The notes below the pieces were generated by a model that saw only the letters and a program-made list of their open reading frames with translations, was not told where the DNA came from and did no database searches. A DNA stretch of 64,000 bases from Tubulanus polymorphus (Eukaryota; Animalia; Nemertea): NCBI RefSeq assembly GCF_964204645.1, contig NC_134026.1, forward strand, positions 1,077,950-1,141,949, written 5' to 3'. A program made the position numbers and the translations under genes. How positions within the stretch are numbered: position 1 is the stretch's first letter; the number at the start of each line of letters is the position of its first letter. Below are positions 1 to 13,510 of the stretch, piece by piece.

Positions 1-2693
1 TTACGTACGTTGTCTTCTGCGGTGAATTCTTGGCGTGCCCAGTTAATTCAATCGTTTGGCTTCTAGTTGACTGATTACAAAATGATACGCCTTAGAACTC
101 GACTGCAAGTAATTTCAGTCAATTGCCATCGCAACTTATCATTCTTTTAATCAATAGGCAACCCGATAACGACCTCGCTTATCGGTCTTAACGGACCAAA
201 CTTAATACCATGCAGGAGATTTTTTAACCCCCGTAGAAATATTTTCTCGACAAACTTTTCCCGTTGTGACGTTAGATGCAGATACGTAAATAGAGTTATT
301 TTAAGATTTCAGATGGAAGTTTCAACAAGCGCAGTAGCTGTAAACAACAGGTTATTGTCGAGTCGCTACAAAACCGGTAACTAATATTTTGTTGTTTAAA
401 CTATAGCCATTCGATTTTCAGGATATTTTGCGCGATAATCTACACTTTTCGAAGATAAGAAAATCGCGAGACATTTGATTGTTTCAATAATACAGAGTTA
501 TTGATTAATTTCATCGCCGAAGTTGGAAGAATTTCAGTGATAATAGCAGTCCTTTAAACGAGTATACGGCACACATACATGTAAATATATACAGCGAAAA
601 CACTAGATAATGATAGAATATACCACACCCAAATATCTATTATTATCTAATTATCTTATGAGATCACTCGCTGTCGTGGTTTGCATTGAGATGTTTCTTT
701 CGTAAGTGGCAGAAGTGTCAGTTTCACAAAAGAAAATAATGATTCACTGCTAATGAGAAGATTGGTGCCGGGTTGGTATGCCCTGCATAGTCCGGGCCCT
801 GGTTTGGTCGAGGGCAAGAAACTATCATGTTTTAACATTCATTTATCGACAACACGAAGGCGCCCACACACGTTAGTATTAACTCGTGTTTACGCGAATC
901 AAGATCAGAATTTCAGAGAGATTGCGAGATGCCGGAAAATCCTGCTATGAAACAAAGGTTTAAGATATCCGTGCCCACGTCGATTCCATTAGCACTTCGT
1001 AAGATTTGATTTATTTGTTTCCGCTATCGCCTAGTTATGGAGTGGCTTTAATTTCGAAATCGAGATCACTGGACTATGCGCATTTTAAGTTTATAATTTT
1101 CTCAGCCTGTAGAACGTTGATCTATCCGTGACTGAAGGCTTTTATCCCTTTGAAGTTTCAATTCATTGTTGCTTTTTCCATCATGCAAATTTTTCATTTC
1201 AATAAACGTTTTATTCTTGTTTCTTATTTCTATAAAGTTTGGCCTATACTGGATATCCCATTCACTGTCCCTCCTTGCTTTAAATATCTAAATATCTGCC
1301 TAAAATAGGCCTACTAAAGACAGTAGATAGAAACGACCGTAAGACCGATATACCCTGAATCCGAAAATTCAAATATGCGGCGTTTGCGCCATCCTCGCTT
1401 GCCAGGGGTCCGGTATCGCTACCCGAACTCGCTTCCACCAGTACGTCTTTAGCAGAGTGGGTTCGAATCCCTTGACAGGTGAAGATGCTTTTGTGCTTGA
1501 AAAGGAAGTTTGGAGTCCATCAATTTGGAGATGCAAAAAAAACTTCGTTACGCCGAGTACCTCTTGGAAAATATTGTTAGTGATGATATGGCCGGGATCG
1601 TCGTTTCGGCCAGCCGCATTCAAAAGGATAATCGCCGTTTCAGTGAGCGGTTTTACACAAGCAGGAAGCGGTTGCTGGTTTGCGCAGTGCTGTAAAAGCG
1701 GTCGGTGAATGTATACACAACATTTCTGCAAATCACGAATTATTTTCTGCATCTATTTGCTGATTTTAAAGAATTTCAGCGCCTCTGATTGTGCAAATCG
1801 ATGCTGGGAATGATAGTGGGCGAATAGAGCAGATTATGGAATCTTTTCTGCGTCGTTTTGCCGCACAAAATTATGATTTTTAATGAAAAAAGTAAGAAGA
1901 TCGCTAAACTAAAGGTTGAGTGCTCCTGTCTGGGGCTCGTTCAAAAAACCTGTATTGCAGTGACTCACGACTGTGCTGGATATTTAGGGGTTACCCAGTA
2001 GTTGTAGTAGTAATGATGGCCCCCAGTCCCTTCAATCAATGATATTCAATGAGGAAAACTTCTCTGTTCTGAATCGTAAATGTTTGTAGTTAATTTTAAG
2101 AACTGTGTGTCTGTACTTTCCTGGTTCGACCCAACCCTTATTGTATTTTTAGTGAAATGAATGGTAACCAGTAAAACATCAGCTGCATTCTTTATGACCT
2201 AAATTTATTTCTAAACCAGCTTTTCATTTCCATCATCCTTGACCAAACGTTTAGAAGTAGGTTTCACTTCTGGTCCAGAAGTGAATTTTTGAATAAGTAC
2301 CTCTCACCTATGCATGGTTGAAATAAGAAGGAGGTTTCACTAGTTGACCTCCATTCTTCATCTTCATATTTGTTGATCATTCGTCCAATTGAGCAAGGTA
2401 ACGTTGATTTCTAAATGTTACAAGCCGATCTACTTAATCTGACAAATTTCTTGAACGTCAGGCATTTAGAATTATTGGCACAAGAAACCTCTTGAAACAT
2501 CCCCCACTATGTACAGGATATATCTTATAATTCACTCAAGGAATTTTTTTCAAGGGAATTTCGGATTCCCGGGAATCCGTTTAGTACAAATTTTAATCTA
2601 ATCTAGTTATGTTATTTACCTCTTGATGATGAGCAAGATTTCTAGATATGTTTTATTGTCCTTTCTCTATATAGATGCAAATAGACTGTGAAT

Positions 2694-5600
2694 ATGGCTA
2701 AAACTGAAAGGGATTGCGAGATGGTTAAAAAGGCCGTTGATACGTGTTGTATGATACAGAGTATGATCGATTTTACCGCCAGACACTTGGACGGATTGAG
2801 AACGATTTGTGCGACATCGATAGAAATAACGCAGCAAGAAATCAGAGAAACGGAGGTTTGTTTGTATTTCTAGTCTTAATGAATATCACTGTGAGACACT
2901 CACAATATCAATCTGAACAAGTGTTATTGTTTGTTTCTTACGTTTCGGGTGGATTCAGAGTTCCACAGAACGCGGAAATTGGGAAAAACTTGGGAATTTT
3001 GAAATGATAATTCCCAGTTTGGAAATATTTGCATATTTGAAAAATTTTCCTAAAATCTTGGAAATATTTGGGAAATTCGTTTACATTTGACATCTTGTAT
3101 TTGCCGAGGGTAACTTTCTTCAGAGATTTCCCTTAAGAATCACCTTTATCAACGAGTCACCGCTAAAAGTATGATAGTATCTGTTCATTTCCATTTGGGA
3201 AAATTAAAAAATCACCCATGAAATACTTTGGAAAAACCTGGGAATTTTTAATTCATGTTACTGTGTGAACCATGATATAAATATTTTCGATTACACTGAA
3301 GATGGGTGGAATGAAGGATTCCACCTGAAACGTAAGAAAAAATCAATAACAGTCGTTTAAATTGATGTCTCTCGATGATAAACCGAAGTATATTAAACCT
3401 GGATAGATAATCAGCTCTGTACTTGTACTAGTCGTATTAATTTTACTCGTGTTGTTTTTGTTTTCAGGGAAAACTGATAAAACTATTCAGTAAACAGTTG
3501 GCTTCGAAAGCGAAGTTAATGCTCGATGAAGTTCCGAGTCAGTTACAGGATTATCCGAATACGGATCAGTGGTTAAAGATCGTCGGTATCGAGGAACGCG
3601 TTATCTCCGTAGGTTTTATTCATATTTCGTTTATAAAACGACGCTTTAATTCAAGTTTGAATTCTGATGAAAATCAAGGCATCTTTTATCAGCTAGATTT
3701 GATGCTATTTACAGTAGCTGGATATATTCAAATTCCCTAGTTCCTGGGCCAGGTTTTATAGAATGGTATTAACTTGCCTGAGGGGTGGACTATTTCTTTC
3801 TGATACCGTGAAACACTCAGCAATCAGATTAACAGAAAAACCTCATCAATCAGTGAGTCAGGAAACACTGAAGCTGATATCCTGACCAAAAAGCATGGTT
3901 TCTACAGGGTTTGAACCCACCACCTCACAGTTGTGTGTCAAACACCTGATCTTTATGCACCGAGCCACAGGACTCGAGTCACTAATAGTTGACTTAACCA
4001 CAATATCTATTAAAATTGCCACTGATAATTTGCTTGAATATTGAGCCTATCACGAGGGGTTTTATCTAGTAGAGAATATCCGAGGATGAAAATTATTTCC
4101 TCTTTCTTTTTTTCAGGATGTGAAGTTAAGGGACGTAACATTGGAATGTTTATTAGACATGTCCGAGGATGAAGTAGCTGAAATTCTGCTGCGTTACGAC
4201 GGAATTCACGACAGTCAAATTAAACAGCTGAATACCGCGTTGAAAAAACTACGCATTTGCACCGAGCGACAATTGAAAGGAGAACGAATCAGCGGCGATG
4301 ATTTAGAATTATATTGGACGTCATATAAACTGAACAGTCCGTTTGGAACTAGTCCTAAAATTCTTCCGAGGCCGTCGACGTCGTCGTTGCCTCCCGAGAC
4401 GTTTTTCGCGAAAAATTCGTCGTCGCCGCCGTCGACTCCCCCGGCGGCGCCACCGCAATCGACTCCCTCCTCCCCGGCCCCTCACTTGCCGCATCATCGT
4501 CGCAACGGTACCCCGCCCCCGACACCGCCGGTTATACGATCGAAGAAGGCGCCGGCTACGCCTCCTCCGAAGAATAAGATTCGATTGCACCCGGACGGTT
4601 ATCCGTTACAGAAGAGTAGATCTCACGAATCACAGCTATTCAACAGAATACAGGATACTGATTCATCGAAGTAAGTTACAAACTTGAATAACGGGAATAA
4701 ACGGCTAGAAATTAGTCGGCGCTGAAAGGGTTAACAATTTGTGACAAATTAGAAAAATAATCAAAATTCAATCTGTGAGGTTAAGCCTAGCGCACATCGA
4801 CACTGCGATTGGAGACAACTAGTTGCAAGGCAGTTTTCGGCGCATAAGAGGAACTGGCTGGATACGATCAGTTGCTCGAATGTGTCGATGTGAGCGAGCT
4901 TACGATTGGTAAGCGTCGATCTATCTCCAGTTCCAGCCAGTTGCCCATGTTCTACTTTTGAGCAACTGGTTGTACTCAATCGCAGTCATATTCGTCGATG
5001 TGCGCGCTCTGGATCTCGACGATCGACACGCGCCATGCAGTTGCTGCAACTGACCGGTTGTAACTAGATTTCGATGTGCGCGGGGTAATCGTTCGGTAGC
5101 AACTAGTTGTCTCCGATCGCAGTGTCTAGGCTTTAGATTTCAAAGAATGATCGTCGAGCAAAACGTTGAAAATTGTGAATAGTTTCAGGCACAAACACAA
5201 GCCACATAACCTGAAGTTGACGGGAAGTTATGAGGCTTTGTCTAAACGACGTCCTTCAACGGGAGATGACATTTCTAAATCAGGGCATTCCTCGACTACC
5301 TCTTCTCCGAAGAAATTTGATTACAATAATTCCGATGATAGAAGTAGTGAGTATTCACCGAAATTTCGTTGTGCACTTCCCCTATAAAATATCTACTAGG
5401 TACCTTGATTAGTTGTTAATTGAAGCATCCTTATTCCGTTCAATTAACATCTAACAACATCTTATTCTAATTGAAAGACCCGATGATTTAACAGGGTGGC
5501 TTCTTACCTGGAAATCTAGGAAATTTCCTTTTAGAAGTCTGGGTATTTCGAACAAAAGCAAGCTAAAAATCAGGGGAATTTGTTGAGTTTGCTAGATTGC

Positions 5601-8600
5601 GCGTAAAATCAAACAGTTTCTGTCTTTGCCTTACATATTTCACTGCGTTAATTGATTGGATTCTTAGCAGATCAAGTCAGGGAAAACTAAACAACAAACG
5701 TTCATATTAGGGGATAGTCAGGAGAAAAGCAAGTGAAATAAAAGTGGCCTCGACCCTAGTTAATGCTTGATGATTTAATTCATTATTCTGAAAAATAAAG
5801 ATTATATGCACTTTCTCTTTTTAGATTCCTTACCTATTCCTAAATCTCCAAAAACTCCAGTTGGACCTTGCGCAACTATGTCACATGTGATACAACATAG
5901 GTCGGTATAACAGTACTAAATTATTCACTTTCACTATTACTCATACAATGCTCGATATCGACTGTTCTTCTATTTTATAGATTTGCGAGTACTTTTAAGA
6001 TAACCACCTGTGATTACTGTCAGAAACAGATGTTTTTAGGATTCAAATGCAAAGAATGCAAGTGAGTCGATGTTATACTGTATGATATTATTATCGTGTG
6101 AATATAGGATATACAAAGTAGACTTCGCTTGAGTCTTATATTTTGGCACCGCTAAATGTGTCCAACTTGAGAGATATCCGAGTTTGGATGTTATATATTT
6201 CATTCATAGTGTCATAAAAAGTATTTCAACAAACATCGTAATTGAACGATGATCTGAGTTGATGGGATCCGACTCGGGCGGAGTCCACTGTAGTTAGAGT
6301 TGAAATGCTTATTTGATGTTTTTTTCGTATACAGGTATAAATGTCACAGGGAATGCGCCGTGAAAGTTGCTCCAGCTTGCGGTCTGCCTGATAAATTGGT
6401 CGATATATTCATGGATGTAATGCATTCAGGTATGATTCTACAACAAACAAACACGAATCACAAGTCGTACGGACCCTTCAGAATGTCTTAGATTCCGGAA
6501 AACAAGCATTTTTTTAAATAGCACATTTCTAACAGTTTCGGCCTGGTGAAATGGCCAAGTAAATGAGAGCCAATTGTCAGATGAGGAACATGTAATTATC
6601 GATGATTGCGGTAATTTAATCATGTATATTTTTTAAGGTTCGCCGAATTCAAATCGTAAAATATCAACGAGTTCCATGTCAAATCAACCGACGCAAACAC
6701 ATATAGACTTCCAGCCCGGTTTGAAAGCTGCCAGTTCTGTTCCCGCTTTCCAGGGGCAGGACTCGTCATCAACGGCCTCATCGTGTAATTCTTCTACTCC
6801 ATCTTCACCGGCGCTTATACCCGGATATCACGCCCATATCGGATATCCATCTCCTCAACCGTCGCCACAAATTAGTGTTAGCCAATTCAACTTTCCAGGT
6901 ACGGTAACTACGCAGGGTGGCACCACTTCCGGGAATTTTGTAAACAGGCTAAAATAAGGGAAATTTATTGAGATATTGGACCGTGCTAATTGATTGGATT
7001 CCTAGTAGATCATGTCAGGGATAACAACGTGCATGTCTCATGGAATAGTTAGGGAATAAACAGGTTAAATAAAAGTGGTCACTCTGCTACAGTTGTTTGC
7101 TTATTGTGTTGTGTTGTGATTTGTAAATAGAATCGGTTGCGTAATCGTAATTCATTTTCCGCGCAGATGTGATAGACAGTTTTAATTATGGCAAGCCAGA
7201 TATAACCGAGCAAGATCTAGAAATAGATGATGAGAAAAGGTAAACAATTTGTTATATATTTGTAAAAAAACAGGATGAATTATGAGGGAAGAATTCATTG
7301 CAAAAACATCATGTCGGTCTTGTGATTTATCATCAATTATTGGAATGTGTTTCACTCATTATTCTTATGTTATGATATTTCAGAGACGTCATAAACACTA
7401 ATACATCAAATGATAGCGATAAAACAGTTGTAGATGTAAGTTACATTTTCCTACTATTTATCTGATGTAGATCTGAAACAAATTTTTATCAATCAACTTC
7501 TACCGATTGCAGAGTATAGGATCATCAGGTTCTTCAGGAGATACAAACAAATCTTTACAAACTGTTGAATCTATCGACAATCCGGATGACCAGCAAAGTT
7601 GGCATAGGCAAAATAGTGTAAGTGCTCTTAGCCGCCCCTGATGACAAAACGATATATCCAGGGTCCCTACCACTTCTTGAAAACTCCTTCAAAAAAATAG
7701 TTTGAATCATGATGATTTATTTGTTAATTTAGATATCGGTTACTCTCAAGGAATGGGATATTCCTTATACGGAATTAGAAAAGGGTGATATACTCGGTAC
7801 TGGCAGATTCGGCACTGTGCATAAGTAAGTGGTGTATAACGGATGACGGTATTCGTATCAAATTCATTTTGTTAGTAGCTATTTTATGATTCGATGATTT
7901 GTTTGGTTTTTTTCAGAGGTAACTGGCACGGTGATGTCGCTATTAAATTACTCAATATCGACAACGAAATTGAAATAGATGCGCAATTATCTGCTTTCAA
8001 ATTAGAGGTATTTGTCACTCTTTCCGATACAGTCATCATCAGATAAATCTTCACTATTTTTTAGTCCCGATTTGTTTAGTTACAATTCAATATACTAAGT
8101 GTCATACAGTATTTACGAGTCATCTTTTGGCTAAGTAGTCAACGTACAGGTGTATCAGCTATAACGACTTAGACTATGACGACCTAAGTGAACTTAATCT
8201 GTTTTCATCGTTTCTTTTAGGTGGCCATGTTGAGAAAAACACGACATGAAAATTTAGTCTTATTTATGGGAGCTTGTATGAAACCCCCCGATTTAGCGAT
8301 TGTTACAAGGTATGTAAGAGATTCAGTGAGATTTGATGGAGATGATAATCAAATCTTTATCTCTATCTGAAATATCTAATTACAGTTTATGTAAAGGGCA
8401 AACGCTATATACACATATACATATGAGGAGAGAAAAATTCCAAATGAATCGAACTGTGATTATCTCATCCCAAATTGCACAGGTACATTTTCATTATTTC
8501 TAACACGAAACCAGAAGTTGTATATGAATTGAGAAGTCTCGCAATATAGAATATTACATGATGAAATTTATTAGGATCAACTGATCACAGCTTAATTGTT

Positions 8601-9739
8601 ATTTGAATCGATATTAAATACGGGTGATAATGAAGTGTGTTTGTTAAAAATAAGAAATAATCGGATCACCCATAAATGTACAATATGTTAAACCGAAGAG
8701 ATGATAGTAAGGTCGATAAGGTTTTGAGAATTTTCATCATGATATTTATATAAAGAAGGGGCCGATTATTTACCCTCTCCCATGAATGCGATATGAAATA
8801 CGATACCGATTTATTTGCTTCAGGGAATGGGTTACCTTCATGCTAAAGGTATCATTCATAAAGATATCAAAACGAAGAACATATTCCTAGAAGCTGGAAA
8901 AGTAGTCATTACAGATTTTGGGCTGTTCAACGTAACGAAACTATGTCATGGAACCAGGTTAGTGGAACAACTTGTATCGATCATTGAAAACCCAATCGCG
9001 AGCGACTATATCATTAAATTGCGTTTGGTAAAATTTCAGGAAAGGTGATTGGTTAAGTATTTCTCCCGGATGGCTTTGTTACCTGGCTCCCGAGATAATT
9101 CAAGTTTTGCACGCCGGCGAAAACAGTTCGCGGTCTGACCTGAACTTCACTGAGTATTCAGATGTCTATGCATTTGGGTAAGTTACGATTCAGCTGTTTA
9201 CTAATCAAATGCAGCTACTGACAGTTTATACAGCTATTTTTGAATTATTCCATTTTTAAAGAACCGTGTGGTATGAACTTTTGAGCGGAGATTGGCCATT
9301 CAAGAATCTCCCTCCAGAATCGATCATCTGGCAAGTAGGAAAAGGCATGAAACAATCGTTAATGCATGTGACTGCATCGAGGGATGTGAAGGTGAGAATT
9401 TACCTAGAAACTCATCATTCTTTGCCTTGTCAATCCATGAATTGGTAGTGGGAGAATTTTGAACATTATGTCTGGGACTTACAATAATCTGAGGCAATCG
9501 GAGAAAGCACAGTCTACTGTTCTTTAGTTACTGACAAAAAAAATATATGATAATCCATCTTATGAAATCTTATATTATGCTTTCAGGATATTTTGATGGC
9601 TTGTTGGGCGTTTAAGTGCAATAACCGACCGGACTTTGCGCAAATTTTGAAAGCGTTGGAAAAATTACCGAAGAAAAGACTTAATCGCAGCCCTTCTCAT
9701 CCTGTCCAGCTATCGCGTAGTGCGGAATCTGTGTTTTGA
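2694..9739 (+). CDS. KSR: Kinase suppressor of Ras (KSR) scaffold/kinase, multi-exon
   Basis: N-terminal CA1/CC-SAM ([46 protein letters not shown]), Pro-rich CA2 ([16 protein letters not shown]), C1 domain ([36 protein letters not shown]), Ser-rich CA4, and kinase [31 protein letters not shown] ending [17 protein letters not shown]. Approximate exons: 2694-2855, 3468-3608, 4118-4670, 5189-5347, 5825-5900, 5981-6062, 6335-6428, 6638-6898, 7167-7239, 7384-7435, 7513-7617, 7733-7824, 7917-8007, 8221-8309, 8386-8482, 8824-8957, 9040-9177, 9262-9391, 9587-9739. Introns are GT-AG. Confidence 0.95.
3800..3980 (-). mobile_element. tRNA-derived SINE remnant, apparently nested in a MITE (~3744-4020)
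   Basis: The - strand has an A-box-like TGGCTCGGTGC and a B-box GGTTCAAACCC at tRNA-like spacing, but no full cloverleaf. MITE-like ends GGTTTTATAGAATGG and ATATCTATTAAAATTGCC flank it. Confidence 0.45.
4784..5132. mobile_element. PIF/Harbinger (Tourist-like) MITE in a KSR intron
   Basis: TIRs AGCCTAG..GACACTGCGATTGGAGACAACTAGTTGC and GCAACTAGTTGTCTCCGATCGCAGTGTCTAGGCT, with TTA on both sides (4781-4783, 5133-5135). The same left end recurs at 49171. Confidence 0.8.
5492..5757. mobile_element. MITE family with CAGGGTGGCCAC-type TIRs
   Basis: CAGGGTGGC...AAAAGTGGCCTCGACCCT with internal TAGCAGATCAAGTCAGGGAAAA. Related copies at 6913-7086 and 22138-22289. Confidence 0.65.
6113..6292. mobile_element. 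pogo/Tigger-like MITE (TA-CAGT ends), degenerate
   Basis: Left end AGTAGACTTCGCTTGAGTC mirrors right end GACTCGGGCGGAGTCCACTGTA. Similar TACAGTAGA ends occur at ~14069 and ~14906. Confidence 0.5.
6913..7086. mobile_element. MITE family with CAGGGTGGCCAC-type TIRs (copy 2)
   Basis: CAGGGTGGCACCACT...AAAAGTGGTCACTCTG; shares TGATTGGATTC.TAG.AGATCA.GTCAGGGA with 5492-5757. Confidence 0.65.
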
Positions 9740-10811
9740 GAGAAGCCGTGTAAAGTAACCCCTAGCTCGCAGAATCAGAGGTTCATGGCAGCAAATTTCG
9801 AGCTCGTTCTATAAATTTTTTTACACATTAAATGTGGTGCTTCATAAATGATTGTAAAAGACAATTATGACATATGTAAATTAAGTTCTTTGTACGATAT
9901 AATGTTGAATTAATGAATTATAATTATTATGATTGAGTCGTCGGAAGCTGCCTGGTGAACATTTTAAGTTTTTAAATAGCTTTTCTATTTTAACGACTGG
10001 CAAAAAAAAGGAAAATAATATTGGTGCTAATACAACAATGATCCATTCTGATGACTATATTAGTTAAACAACAAAGGCTGGCTGGCTAGCGCGCTTCTGC
10101 TATGCTTGGCCCTGGTTTGTTGGTATCTATGAAAAGTCTCTAATTTATTTGATTGTTGTTGATTGACATGTGTGTGGATAACATGCATAATAAAGGAAGA
10201 TATGAATTATATGTGCATGATTATCCTTTCGAAATGCTGCCCCTGTCTTAGAGGATCTCCACTCCGTTTCGCTTATACCTTTGCAGAATATATCCAGGGC
10301 CTTGGCTGAAGCTCGTCTGAATTTTCGAATGCCCTTACAGATCAGGGAATTCCGGATTTAACCCCCCCCCCCCCCTCCATGGCAAATCTGGGAATTTCAG
10401 ACTCATCGTGAAAAGTTGGGGAATTTATGGCCTGTCGTTTTTGTCAGTGACTGAGGTGCAAGGAGCCTCTTGACTAGGAACAGCTATATATAAAAATTTC
10501 GTATATGTAAATGTCGATGCAGAATAGTTTATTTATAACGATTGTTTGTGTCTAAAATACGATTATTTGCTAGGAAAACAAGCGTTTCCATATTTGGTTC
10601 TCCTTAAATTACACAGTCATAAATGGAAGCTTATTCCGTTTACCACTTTTGTACTGTCAAATGACATCTGGGCAATTGGAGCAGATTTATTCTGTATCCA
10701 TGCGAAAATATTGTTGATTGAATTATTATTGTTGATCGAACATCCTACGTGTCACACGTAGTCTGTCTATATTCGTAAGCATTGCGACAAATTTATTCTG
10801 AAGAGGAGACA

Positions 10812-12724
10812 ATGGCAAGGTATTTCTCTGGTAAGGAAATTTTCGATTTCCATTTTTTATCGGGTTGATAAGTCAGAATATCCAATAGAGTCTGGAAGAT
10901 GAAAACAAACCACGGAACGATGGGGTTATAATAAATGCAACCTGACGAATACCATCTCCCAGGGCCGGCCGTATAGCATAGACAGTGAAACCCGAAAGTA
11001 GGTTGTTGTATATACTGTATGATATTTAAAAGGGCACTTTTCTGGGGGTACCCCCGCCCCGCTAAATGCGGCCCTATTAGGAATTTTAATTAAGACAGAT
11101 TTTAACAGATATACATTTTTTCCGACCATGACGAAATGATATGAAATATATAATATATAGAACAAGGCAAAATTATCTTCGGACTTTTGTGCTGATTCTA
11201 GATCGGTACTTCTCGTTAATTTCGCCGGTCGCGTTTAGACGAGTTTTACTATAGTGTCAAATCATCGGATATAATATTACACAATTATGGTTGGAACATC
11301 TAAAATCTTTAGAGTTTATGGTTTTATTTTCCTCTTTCTAGGGAAAAGACCATGGACGTTCGTGGCTTGCGCCGTAACCGGTAAGAAATGAAAACTATAT
11401 CGTTTTATTCACCGTACGTCGTTCATTACTCGTTTAACGACTGCTGTTCTTATTTCGAATTAAACAGTTCATTTAAAATTTTCAGTTGTGGTTATATATT
11501 CACTACTGAAACCGCCGCCGGAGTTGGAGCGATACATAGCCGTGAACAGACCTGTGGTGTATGGTGGTAAAACCACGAATGGCGATACAGTTATTAAAGT
11601 ATTGCTGATAGCTCACGGAAGAGGAGGTTCTTCTCTTTTAGGTCGACTGTTTGACACGAATCCTGATGCATTTTATTTCTACGAGCCGGATCTACGCATG
11701 TTTCCAGGATACGGAACGAGGCCATTAGCAACTTTCTTTACGAAAGACGGAAGCAAAAGGTAATATTTATACACCAAATACCGAATATAGAAAATAAAAC
11801 TAATGAAGAAATAGAAGCGGAATTACGTCGGTAAATATGATTTTTGTAAGTGAGAAACTATTCACAATTGACTATATACATTATTTGAATATTTTCATTG
11901 GATATATATGTACATATAGATTTGTTTTCTATGGTTACAGGTACCCATTCGATAGTCCATCCCGTGTCAAAGAACTGATAGATAACCTGAATAGTTTGGG
12001 TAACTGTAATTTTAGTGCAACTCCTCCACCCACCCGTAATCACGAGTTCTTTTGGAAATCCGTGAAGGGTGAACAATTTCAAAAGAAGTGTTTATCATCG
12101 CCAAAATACACAAAGCAACAATGTATCGATATGTATGAACAAGAATGTCACAATTCTAGCGTCAGGGCGTTGAAAGTTCTGCACTTCGATATAGACTTTG
12201 CTCTGAAACTTGTAAAGATCGATCCTAGTTGGCGAGTGATCAGATATGTACGGGATCCGCGAGGTATTGTACGTTCACGATTTGACGATAATAATCCGAA
12301 TGTCCAGGATTGGATGGCATTTAAGGATTCAATACTGGGAGAAGGAGAACTATTGTGTCGGAAAATGTTAGAAAATGCTCAAAAGTATCCCAAACTCAAA
12401 CAAATGTATCCGAAAAACATACAAAGATTTTCTTATGAACAAATTGCGACTAACCCAATTTCACAATCTGAGGCAATTTATCGGTTTCTGGGTCTCGAAT
12501 TACCGGAATCTGTGAAATCAGCGATTAAGAAATCTACCAGCGATAGTCAGTTATTCGCCGAAGAAACGTTCTCGGTAAAGCGAAAAAATGGCACCGAAAC
12601 GGCTTATAAATGGATGAAAACTCTGAAGACCAGTGACCTACAAGCGTTAGATAAACTTTGTGGACCGGTTTTAGATTTACTTGGTTATCCTAGATTTGAA
12701 AATATTCATATTCCAGAGCATTGA
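10812..12724 (+). CDS. Golgi carbohydrate sulfotransferase (CHST1/GlcNAc6ST-like), type II membrane protein
   Basis: Exons 10812-10830, 11342-11380, 11486-11759 and 11941-12724 join in frame. N-terminus MARYFSGKRPWTFVACAVTVVVIYSLL is a signal anchor; 5'-PSB motif HGRGGSSLLGRLF..FYFYEP; 3'-PB motif YVRDPRGIVRSR; also YEQIA and a C-terminal C..VLDLLGY. Confidence 0.88.
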
Positions 12725-12727
12725 ATG

Positions 12728-12766
<39 letters not shown>

Positions 12767-13288
12767 CTACCCTGTACATTACTTTTTTTAAAATCGTGAT
12801 CAATTTCACCATAACAGACCCGGCCGCTATAGAAATTAACTGTTTATAAATTTTATCATATTTTACAAAAATGACCCGGCCGCTGCGGCGAAACAAGGTA
12901 TCATTTTTGTTTAGCCTTATATATATTTTTTACGGCAGTTCTGATATCTTGTTCTGGCTACTGCTACAGCCTCTTAAATTATATGATTTCACTACATGGA
13001 AACTACACTCAAAGCCCACTGCATTCCCGGAGGAAGGATGATTGTCAAAGTTTATTTTGGCAGATTTGTAACCCTGATAACATAACCCGGGTCCAAATAA
13101 TATCGTGTTGCTAAGGTAACGTGCTGTTATTCAATAAATGATTGATGATTAATAAAAGTCTTTAAGGCTACAGAGTTTCACTGGCCCGCCGCTCGACTGT
13201 CAGATCTTGACCGTATAGTGCTGCATATACAATTCATAGGCGGTGAACATGTGAACTAAATTGGGTGGCGCGCGCACTATTCCTACTG

Positions 13289-13510
13289 TGGCATGTGAAA
13301 AATAATGAGTTAGTTCACCAATTCACCGTCAACGATATGTATAGGGGCAGCACTTGACGACAAAGATAGAAACCGGCCTGGGTCTCTGTCCCCGTATGGA
13401 ATACCTCAAGGGCCATACGAGTTACGTTTATACATATATAGTCAAGTGCTGCCCCTATACATATCGTTGACGGTGAATTGGTGAACTAACTCATTATTCC
13501 TCACATGCCA
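13289..13510. repeat. Long inverted repeat (70-bp arms), foldback/MITE-like
   Basis: 13289-13358 is the near-perfect reverse complement of 13441-13510. Confidence 0.85.

Noticed and set aside
1440-1480. tRNA gene suggested by GGTTCGAATCCC
   Set aside because: B-box only; no A box or cloverleaf could be folded.
4321-4687. Arg-rich overlapping ORFs in KSR exon 3 (and antisense ORFs within ERK5 and ADGRA exons)
   Set aside because: Shadow frames of CG-rich Pro/Ser codons in real exons.
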